Assembly (NCBI RefSeq): GCF_009914755.1
Contig: NC_060944.1
Direction: 5' to 3' (one strand)
DNA length: 64,000 nt
Source: the human T2T-CHM13v2.0 reference genome, Homo sapiens
The notes beneath the pieces were generated by a model, which saw only the letters and a list, made by a program, of their open reading frames with translations, ran no database searches and was not told the origin of the DNA. Shown here piece by piece: positions 53,670 through 64,000 of the stretch (its first letter is position 1; the number at the start of each line of letters is the position of its first letter). A program made the translations under genes and the position numbers.

Positions 53670-54031
53670 GTGAAATTTGGTGGGGAAAGGCTTCAGACCA
53701 TGATGCAGGTAACACACCCTAAGGAAGGACAGAGGAAGAGAAGGATTGGGCAGGAGAAAGTTCACACTGTGGCACAGTTCTGACAAAGTTCTGGCCGGCC
53801 CATGGCAAAGTTGCTTATGAGAGGGATCCTGAGTAGGGCAGGAATAGCCCTATTCTGATACTCTCTGATGTGCTCGGTCTTGGCTGGGATCAGTCAGGGG
53901 AACTTTGGCCTGACAATAATTGAAGCGCGGATTCAAAGGTGTGGCAGCTGGGGCTGTCAACCACTCATGCTTTCCTCAGCGGGTTCCTCTGGGGGAGATC
54001 GGAGCAGAGCAGCTCCATGGCTGCCATAACA
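53670..54031 (-). mobile_element. LTR16C-like ERVL LTR
   Basis: CTTCAGACCATGATGCAGGT...CAGTTCTGACAAAG...GCAGCTGGGGCTGTCA...CTCCATGGCTGCCA. Confidence 0.7.
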
Positions 54032-55252
54032 GCTGAAATGATTTCTTTTTAGAAGCTTCAATCATGAAATTGTCTGTGATAAGGCTGATGGTCTCACTTT
54101 CCAACTGACACACACACACACACATTTACTCACTATGCATACATGAGTATACAGACAAGCATAAACAATACACATGCAGATGCAGATACATATAGTGTGT
54201 CATGACATAAATACTGAACAAGATTCGAGTCTAAAGTCTGGTATGAACAAGATGCATAGCCTTGAAAAAATCCCTTTTATTGAATTTATTTTTCTTACCA
54301 ACTATATAATTAGAGGCAGCACTCAGACCTCATTTGACTCTATCATTTTATGAGTTTATGGATTACAGTACTCTTACAACCAGTATCAGTACAAACAGAC
54401 ATTGTCAATGGAAAGTTCCAGCCAGGCAGAGAACAAAGGGCACACTCATTCCTTTAATGTACATTCATGGGCACTTCGGGTAGGTTGGTGAACAAACTGC
54501 ATGGTTCTTGCCCTTCTAGACCAGTATTCAATGGGAATACAAAGAGAAAGAAGAAATGAAGTAAACAATGGTGGGCATTTGTAGAGGATAAGCAAGATTC
54601 AGTATCAGAGAACTGTCGAGAGGGGGAACTCTTGAGAGATTTCACACAATGTTCATTTGTTCAACGTGAAGGGCAATTTATCCATTCCACACATATTTAT
54701 GGGTCATTTGCTGTGTGCCAGGCATGGTGCTCTCTGTTAGGTTAAGTGAGTTCTCAGTCAAAACCATGGACAAAGGCGTCCTTTTGGACATCTTCCCAGA
54801 CCTGCTTGGCTCTTTGTTAAAATGGTACTTGTCACAAACTTGTTGGTGCAACTCCTGTTAACAAAAGCATTCCACAGCTCACGTTCTTTGTGTTTTATTT
54901 CCTACTGTGAAAACGGCAATATTAAGCAAGCAAATGAAAGGTCTTTGGCATAGAGTCAGAGGACTGTTGCTTTCTTCCAGTTCTGCCACATATTAGCTCT
55001 GTGCTCCAGCTGACCATGCTGTCTTTCTGGTTCTCAGTTTACCTGTTGTTAAGGTGGGGATGGAATGACATCTTCCATCTCATCCAGTTCCCAGGTTACT
55101 GCATAAAAATATTGTTTTTTTCTGTGGAATTCCAACAAGTCTTTCTGTTTTATCAATTCATAAGTGTATGTTTTAATTAAAAAATATTCTTCAAAGCAAC
55201 AAAGAAGCAAAAGAGCAATTATACTGAATCCCAACCAATTCCTCCCAGAAAA

Positions 55253-55530
55253 TTTATTATTATTATGCTGTATTTTATTTTTTGAGACAGGGTCTCACTC
55301 TCTCACTCTGTTGCTCAGGCTACAGTACAGTGGCACAATCACAGCTCACTACAGCCTCAATCTCCTAGTCTCAAGTGGTCCTCCTCACACCCAACTAATG
55401 GTTTTATTTTTTGTAGGGAAGAGGTCTCACTATGTGTCCCAGACTGGTCTTGAACTTCTGAGTTCAAGCAATCCTCTCGCCTCAGCCTTTCAAAGTACTG
55501 GGATTACAGGCATGGGCCACCATGGCTAGC
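55253..55530 (-). mobile_element. AluJ with internal deletion
   Basis: GAGACAGGGTCTCACTC...CACAATCACAGCTCACT...GGGATTACAGGCATGGGCCACC. Confidence 0.9.
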
Positions 55531-57417
55531 AGGAAATTATTTTTAAACAAAATTTACATTTGGCTCCCAATTATACCACTTTCTAGCTATATGGCCTTGG
55601 ACACTTTACCTATTTATTTAGAGCCTCAGTTTCTCCATTGGGAAAAGAGTTTCCAGGTAGATCCTCCTTCTGTGCTTCAGTGTTTTGGCTTAGAGGTAGA
55701 GGTGTTTTGGCGTGTTTTGTAAATCCAAGGAGAGGCTCTGACTAGAGCCAGCAAGCCCAGCTATTTCTAGATTCTGATAGAATGGGTTTCCTCCTTGGGC
55801 ATCTCTCTCGCTTTCACACTTTAAGACCCTGAGGTTGCAGGGAAAATAGGGTGACTTTTGTTAAAGAGCTGCAACTCGGCAGTTGTGTTGGAGGTCATGG
55901 TGCTTCGTCAGAGGCAGCAGTAATGTGTTTATTTATCACTGCCTACTGACCATATGTCCCCTTTCCCTTCAGTTTGTTCTGCCCAAGGCCGTTGGGGTCC
56001 GACAGAGATCAACAGTGTTTCTACCGAGATGCAGCAGCTCGTCAAAACCTGAATTAGATGTTAAATCTTTTTGAATTGGGGAGGAGGTGAAGGGAGGGAG
56101 GAATCATATTGTGCTAAGAATTTATCCTGTGTTGTTTCCTGTGAGATAATGTCCCTGGAAAGATTTGTTACCAAGCAAGTTGCAAACTGCTGTTTCAGGC
56201 TGATAGGTGTTGCCAATTCATTTTGATGAATTCTGCCAGTCAGAAGAGTATTTTTCCCTTCTTTCATTTGCTGAGGTTGGCTGGAGATGGACAACGGTTT
56301 TAAGAGCTGAGATGGCACACACTGGCATGCCCAGGGTATGTGGAATCAAAGATGCTTTGAGAAATACTTGGTGCTGCACAGAAAAGTAAATTATCAGGCT
56401 AAAAATGGTCTATCCTCTGCTCTCAGCTCCCAACCCATGTTCTCAGCTGCTGCTTTTCCTAGTTACTTACTATTGCTCCATTGATCCTCCCCTCCCAGAC
56501 TCCATCCCTGTACCCTGCTAGCTTCCAAACAACCCTAATATCCCCATTCCCGCTAGGTGGGGAAGAGGTACAACCAAGTAGACTCTGGAGTCAGACTGAA
56601 CCAGGCAGAAGTTCAGTACCCTCTCTAATGGGCTGACCTGGACAAATTACATTTCTGTGACCACCAATTTCTTCATCTGTAAACTGGAGGTAAACATAGG
56701 CTGGGTCTCCCTCACTATTTGAACTTGCACTATCTGCAGGCTTGCTATCCAAACACAAGCGCTGAATAGATTCAGATATATATTTAAACAAATTCCTTGC
56801 TCTCCGAACTTTTGCTCCTCACTCTCTAAAACTCAGGAACAAAACAGGGGTGCTCCTTTTTATCCTCACTTGCTCTCCAAACAGATACAGATTTTGAAGC
56901 ACACTTGTACTGGTTTATAAAATTTAGTGTGAAATAATGTCATTAAAGTAGTTCGTACAGTACCAGTTAATAATGAGTGCTCAATAGGTGTTCACGAGGA
57001 TGATGAGGACAATTAGGCGACCTTGAAATGGAGAATGGTGCTAGTTTGGCACTTACCTTGTTCCTGGATTTCCTTGGAATTACAGACCTTCGGCAACCCC
57101 AATTACTACCTCACATACTGGTTCTTCCATCTCAGCCTCTCCCTATGCCCCTGCTCATTTCCTAGGCACTTTTTCTGAGCTGTTGCCTTCCCTTCCCCTT
57201 GCCAGTCATGAGATAAGTGCAGACCTGTCCCCCTATTCTGGCAGTGTTGCCAGCCCTTAGACTCACACTAACCATTCCTGGGTCTACAATACATCCTGGG
57301 CTTCATACTCTTGCTTCTAGAGGGGCCTTGTCTTTCCACCTTGCAGATGAGGCAGCTCCTCCCACTTCTGGCCCAGACCCTGCCCAGTGCAATTCTTCCT
57401 ACTGCGACTAATACATC

Positions 57418-57795
57418 TGTATTAGTCAGTTCTCACACTGCTAATAAAGACATACCCAAGACTGGGTAATTTATAAAGGAAATAAATTTAATTGACTCAG
57501 AGTGTAGCATGGCTGGGGAAGCCTCAGGAAACTAACAGTCATGGTGGAAGGGGAAGTAAACAGGTCCTTTTTCACATGGTAGAAGCAAGAATTGCCCAGC
57601 AAAAAGGAGAAAAGCCCCTTTTTACAAAATCATCAGATCATGTGAGAACTCACTCACTATTATGAGAACACCAGCATGAAGTTACCACCCCCATGATTCA
57701 ATTATCTCCTACGGAGTCCCTCCCATGACATGTGGAGATTATGGGAATGACAATTCAAGATGAGATTTGGATGGGGACACAGCCAAACCATATCA
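57418..57795 (-). mobile_element. THE1C-like solo LTR
   Basis: TGTATTAGTCAGTTCTCACACTGCTAATAAAGACATACCC...CAGCCAAACCATATCA; perfect 5-bp TSD ACATC. Confidence 0.93.
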
Positions 57796-59079
57796 ACATC
57801 CTACAAAGATGTCCAAAGACAACTGTCAAATCCAAATTGGGCATTTCAGGGTTAGTCACAGCCACTCTGGGTTTTATTATATTCCTTTTGTTCCTCACTC
57901 TCAGCCAATCCGCTTTCTCTTTGTCTTGTCTTTGCCCTAGCTTTTGCCTGTTAACTCTAGAAGTTCTTTGTCTCTTTAAAATTGGCACCTTTGATGCTTT
58001 CTGCTAATCAAAACCTGTGGCCATGGTGACCCTGTAGAAAGTTGGAGCACTAGAGCTGCCCTCACTGGCCCAGGGAGTCTCTGTTGGTCAGGCTCATCCC
58101 CTGAACCACTTCTGGACACTTCCATCCCCTCTTGCTCGTACCCAGCTTCCTCCTTATGGCCTTGCAGCTCAGGATCCACAACTTCTGTTTTTTGCTTCAG
58201 TTTTCCCCAAGGAAGCATCTTAGAAATTGTCTCCTTGACTCTGCACGTAAGAGGTACCACCCTTTGCACCTCCCATGGCCTTTGGTTACCCCCAGCAGAG
58301 TGTCACTTGTCCTGCTGTGTCCTGGGGGCAGCTCAGCATTTTGTCCTCAGGTCTGTGACACTCCTGCAGAAATGTTGTTAGATAGATCTATCCTTCTCCC
58401 AGCTGCAAGATTCAAGCACATTCCTCTCCTCTCTGAGCCTCAGTTTACTCCTCTGTACAAGGAGAGTGAGAAGTGCTCAAGATATTGTTGCCTTTTCCTG
58501 GGGTTTCTGTTATTTTCTGGGATTTCTTTTTGAATAGGGTTGTTGAGGATTAAATAGTTTATATATGTAAAACATGTAAGAGACTACCACATGATAAGTG
58601 TTCCTAAAAGAAACTATGAACAAATCCAGTATAGCAATAAGTATTTTGCCAATAGCCATGTTGGGTGGTATACAAAGGGGACCTATGTAGGCTGGGGTGA
58701 GGGTTCCAGGTGGGTTCCTTGGGCTGGGAAATGATTGGAAGCCACAGTTTATCTTAAGGGATCTGCAGCACAAGGGGAGATGAGGATGGGGCTGTGCCAG
58801 GAGGAAGGAGCACATGATAGACTCTCTGACTAGACCTCTCTCGGGACTCTCAGCTACTTTTCACCTCTTGGACTCTGCTGAGCTCTTGGATTCCTCCTGT
58901 TGAACAGGGGCACCAAGGGGGTCTGGAACACTAAGAGAAGCTCTCTCTTTGTTCACTTGCACTTTTCTGTTATATTGATTCTTAATCAGCCATTTTTATG
59001 CTCTTATGGGAATAGCCTTTGAGGTCTTCTGCAAATGTCCCAAGTGCAAAACAAGATCAAACTTCCTCTTCAGATTTCT

Positions 59080-59379
<300 letters not shown>

Positions 59380-60594
59380 GTCCTCAGCTTTCTAAATTCT
59401 TCACTTGACCTTGGTCTAGAGAGGCAAGAGTAGAACCCCATCTCTCGCTGACTGCACCCTTCTTTCTTCCACAATGCTCCAAGGTCAAAGGGGCAGTATT
59501 CATCCTTAAGGGAAGAATAAGCCCATTTCCCTTCCTCTTTATTCCTCCCTCTTTCCAAAGAAGTATCCCACATCCTTTTTCCAGGAACTACAATGGTTGA
59601 CAAAACTGAGATAGAGTGAGAGAGAGAGAAACTAGATTATCTATAAGGTGTATTAAGAAGCATTGTATTTATTATTTAGAAGTATTATATTTATTATTAT
59701 AGTATTATTATAATTCAGAAGTATTATATTCATTCACACATAATAGATGTCCAATAAAAATTTGTTGAATTGCACAATGTGGTTGAAAGAGCATGGACTT
59801 GAAATTCAGGCTGGTCTGGTTCAAGTCTTGGCTTTGCCACCTACTAACCATGTGAAGTGAAGACTGGCACCATGGCCATGAACAGAAATGAAAATTGTTT
59901 ATGCCACATCACTGGAGTGATTGGAGCAAATTCTTTTCACTGTGCTTTGTACAGGCATAAACTTAAGATTTTGTTTTACAAACTGATGATTATATTGGCT
60001 GTTAACAGAGCTTAAATCCTGGCATTTAGAAACCTACTTTAATACTTACTCAAAGACTATCTGGTCAGAAATACTCCCCTTTTCCTTCTTGAAATGTTAA
60101 AATTCAATAGGAAAGTGACCCGTTCAAAGATGAACTCTATTTTATAAAGATGTTTTCAGTGGGCCATGGGTAAAAAAATATTTCATAAACCAGGGGAAGC
60201 CACTAAATCAAGGAGTGAGGAAAGAAATAGACTTGCTAAAGCAGTACCATATTGGTGTGGGAAGGCGATATATTCAGTACTTTTTACTATATTTGGCTGC
60301 AAACTCAAGACAGTTTTTGCCTTGATCTATGACTGAGATTCAGTGGCATGGGCACCATTTGAACTAATCCTCCTCGGGGCTTCTTGCTCTAACAAGGAGA
60401 CCATAAATGATGACGATTGGGTGAGTATTTTGAAAAGGAGAGAAGGAGGTCCTTTTGGCTGCAAAGTTCTGATGGATTCATGGAGCTACTGAATATGCCT
60501 ATTGGATCACAGGAAACATGCAGGTGGAACATGGATTGCTAACAATAGAAGGCAAGACTGAGACTAAAGTGGATTCAGGAAGAAGGTGTCTCTG

Positions 60595-61000
60595 CTGTCA
60601 GGTGGATTACTTTGGAAACAGGCTCTGAGAGAGATTTTGCAGGCAGGTTTATAAGGAATACACTTGGGATCTGCACCTGTGGATGGAAGGAGAGGAAAGC
60701 AGAAGAAGACAGAGGGGAAAATACAGCTTTAATGTAGCCCAAAGACAACCCCAGTTGACCCCATTGGGAAATCTGGTAGAATAGCCTTCAAAGTTGACCC
60801 CAGCTGGGCTAAAGTGGCTGGGTTTTTAAACTGTAGCACCCATCAGTTGAGTCCAGGGTACTCCATGAAAGAGTGTGGCCTTGGGTGAGATGGATCACTT
60901 GGGAAGCTGAGGCAATTGTTGAAGAGGCTGACAGGTGAAAGATGTTGCTCAATGGTGCTCATTGAAATGCTTTTTGGAGAACACATCACAGTATCCACTG
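60595..61000 (-). mobile_element. LTR16A-like ERVL LTR
   Basis: GGAAACAGGCTCTGAGA...CTTGGGATCTGCACCTGTGGA...GTGGCCTTGGGTGAG...AGAGGCTGACAG. Confidence 0.7.
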
Positions 61001-61219
61001 AGATCTTTCTCAAGGGCTGAGAATGCCAAGTCTGTGCATACTTGGTTGCAGGTTTATATGCTAGGTTTGAAGATCCAACTATTAATTGATTGGATAAATC
61101 CTTGCTATGTTAGAGATTTGGCTAAGAAGAAGCAAAGCAGTTCCTTTCAATCATCCAGACTGCTATGGAATCTTTCCCTTCCTGCAAGCATGAGTATATA
61201 GACTGGGATATCATTGTTG

Positions 61220-61430
61220 TTGAGTGTGGACTCTGGAAACAGATGAACTACCTTCAAAACCTAGCTCAGCAACCTTCCAGCTGTCTGACCTTGGAACAAT
61301 GACTTGACCTCTCTTAACTTTCATTTTCTTCCCTGTAAAATGGGAATAAGGACAGTATACAATTTATATAGTGTTGCAAAGCTCTTTCTTTGTGCATGCC
61401 TCACATAATTAGTAGTCAATAAAAGTTAGC
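61220..61430 (+). mobile_element. MIR SINE
   Basis: TGGACTCTGGA...CTGTCTGACCTTGG...CTGTAAAATGGGAATAA. Confidence 0.78.
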
Positions 61431-61814
61431 AGTTGTTGTTATTTGTCCTCTTAGTAGTATATCAGAGAAAAGGAAGGATTTACCCATTTTTTTTTCTAAT
61501 CCTGGTGTTAGCACAAAGACAGTAGAAGTCCCAGCCTGGGCTTTGTGGGCAGAGGTCCTGTTAGGGTCACAAGTGTACTTCTAGAGAGTCTCTAGGGTCA
61601 GCTCCTCTTGAAATCCTGGAGATGACTGAAACCACAAAATTAGCTTCTGGGTTGTCTTTGCAGGGTATTCTACTTGATTATAACTATAAGGCACCTTGGA
61701 TCATCTCAATGCCAGGAATTATCAATGTTAGGCCCTGAAGTTTCAGTTATATATGTGTCAATTCAATACATGGAACCACATGGGTGTATCTGAGTATACT
61801 TGAATGTTAAGGAC

Positions 61815-61976
61815 CAGTGATTCTCAAAGTAGGTCCACGGACCAGTAGAGACAAAGCCACTTGGGATTTTGCTAGCAATGCAAAGTTTCGTGGCCTCCCA
61901 CAGACCTACAGAAACTCTGAGGGTAGACTCCAGCCATCTGTGATTCTGATGCATGCTAATGTCTGAGAATCAATGG
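61815..61976. mobile_element. MER5A
   Basis: CAGTGATTCTCAAAG...CAGACCTAC...GTGATTCTGATGCATGCTAATGTCTGAGAA. Confidence 0.8.
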
Positions 61977-61984
61977 TATAGATA

Positions 61985-62205
61985 AGGGGTTGGTAAATTT
62001 TATTGTAAAGGGCCAGAGAGTAAATATTTTAGGCTTTGCAGCCAATGTGATCTTTGCTACAACTACTCAACTATGTTAGTATAATGCAAAGCAGCCATAG
62101 ACAATAAATGAATGAATGGTGTATGGCTGTGTTCCAATTAAACTTTATTTTACCAATTAAACTTTATTTAACCAAAACTGCCAGGCCACAGTTTGTCAAT
62201 TTCTG
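61985..62205. mobile_element. MER58A
   Basis: GGGGTTGGTAAA...TGTAAAGGGCCAGAGAGTAAATATTTTAGGCTTTGC...GGCTGTGTTCCAAT. Confidence 0.87.
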
Positions 62206-62269
62206 GAATAGGCACATGTAGGATCATAATTTACTCCCTTAAGGTGATTATTTCTTTCTCTAGAATATG

Positions 62270-62580
62270 TTCATTCATTCATTTATTCAATCATTAATTT
62301 AATTTAATTTTTCCATTGTGTGAGGATCTCTGCATGCTAGGCATTCTGATAAGAATCAAGAGATGCAACAATAAATGGGACAGACACCATCCTTCTATCA
62401 TAGATCTTAAAGTTTAATGCTAGACACAAAAAGGTAATTCACAAATAACTGTCGCAATAACTGTATGACATAAAGGATGGAATTAGAGGAATGATGGGGT
62501 GAACTAATCTAGTCTAGGGAGGGTAGAAAAAAGCCTCTCCAAGGAGGTATCCTTTAAGATGAAGTCCTGAGGGTAGTAAC
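62270..62580 (-). mobile_element. L2 3' end
   Basis: TTCATTCATTCATTTATTCAA tail followed by L2 antisense body. Confidence 0.7.
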
Positions 62581-63389
62581 TAGGTGTATATTACCCTTGT
62601 ACGAGCTTTGTCCTCATAGCTCATTTTATCCTCACACAACTCAATAAAGTGGACAATATTATTATTCATGGTTCACAGAGGAAGAGGTTGAAGCCCAAGA
62701 AGGACAAATAGTGTGCTCCCAGATTTGAACCCAGGCAGTTTAGGACTAGAGGCAGTGTTTTTAACGACAATTCTCTACTAACTAGTTAATGGGAAAGAGA
62801 AGAACATTCAAGGCAAAGAGGGCAGTTCACAGTCTCGTGGGGTACTCACTAATTTCATCATTTCATTTTGGGGAGCCTGTTGTAATCTAGGCATCATGTT
62901 TGGTACTAAGCATGCAACAGGAAAAAAGAAAGACTTTCTGCTTTTATGAAACTTACAAATGAGTGCAGAAGACAGACATTACTGAAAACTAGGGGGAAAA
63001 GGGCAGAGGGAGAATGGAAAAGGTAAGAGAATACAACGGAGTGAAGAGAAAGATCTGAGGCTTTAATATTGAACAGAGAAAGGGTAGAGAGATTAACACC
63101 AAATCTCCTTTCCTCACTTCTTTTGTCAAGTTATATCTCTAGGGCTTTTGATGATTAAATCCAATTCTTGATCAACAATAGCTGGAAAAGAAGTCTCTGA
63201 TAAAACATTTTTACCTGTAGGCACTCAAATGGAGAACTAAAATGAAATGAAACATGTAAACTTGAAGTCACAGTTGAATTACAGGTTGACAATTGGGCAC
63301 TGAATATCAGTTGAAGATATAATTGCTCCTCTAACTGCCGTTTCCAATTGCAGGGCCCAGTTGTGACGACTGAGCTCCACTAAAATGGG

Positions 63390-64000
63390 ACCAAGTATAA
63401 TGATATGAGTAAGTTGAAAGCAAAAGGATGTAAAAAGATATACTTAGCAAATATTACTCAGAGATTAATAAGATATTCTGAGAGAGAATCTCTGATATCT
63501 ATGAGTGTGACTCAGAGATAATGCAAGGATGGCTATGTTAATATACAAAACAGGCTTCAGAGCAAAGAAAATTACTAGCTACAGAGAGATGTAGTACATA
63601 ATGATAAGTCATGGTAATACTAAATGTGTATATACCAAACAACAGAGCAGAAAACATGTAAAGCAAAAGCTGACAGAACTGAAAGGAAAAAGAGATGAAT
63701 CCATATTATAGTTGAAGATTTTAACACTCCCTCTATTTCAACAATTGGTAGAACAACTAGAGAAAATCACCAAAGATATAGAAGAATTCAACAACATCAT
63801 CAACCAACAGAATCTGATTTGATATTTATGGAATACTTCTTCCAACAACAGAATATACATTCTTTTCAAGTGTCCACAGGAGAAATATTTTTATTAAAAA
63901 CTTATACAAATTTAATATAATTTTTATCATTCAGAGAGTGCCCTCTGGCCATAATGGAATCAAACTAGAACTCTTTAACAGGGAGATAACAGACAAATTT
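63390..64000 (+). mobile_element. Old L1 (L1M) ORF2 endonuclease-region fragment, runs off the window edge
   Basis: AAGTTGAAAGCAAAAGGATG...ATAGTTGAAGATTTTAACACTCC (IVGDFNTP-like)...GAATATACATTCTTTTCAAGTG (EYTFFS). Confidence 0.85.

Noticed and set aside
62143-62174. Short tandem duplications (here, and at about 3701, 12853, 25207, 28955, 42807, 49492, 59668)
   Set aside because: Ordinary slippage events, mostly inside repeats; no sign of function.

Overview
Primate (human-like) non-coding genomic DNA with low CpG and a high load of interspersed repeats: Alu/FAM, THE1/MLT1 MaLR LTRs, ERV1 and ERVL LTRs, a decayed ERVL pol remnant, L1/L2/L3, MIR, and MER/MADE1 DNA transposons. Family names come from my recollection of consensus sequences, not a database search. 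I found no supportable protein-coding exon, RNA gene or CpG island; the ORF track is explained by repeats and chance. The window looks like a large intron or gene desert, and I cannot name the locus. I found no demonstrably new biological system. The best leads are: (i) repeat-free islands rich in homeodomain motifs, three of which carry the identical PBX-HOX 10-mer TGATTGATGG; (ii) a 22-unit, 36-bp minisatellite that arose inside an L2; (iii) several fold-back or templated-insertion repair scars; (iv) a candidate TATA promoter with a first exon at about 24.6-24.9 kb; and (v) a four-level nested transposon.
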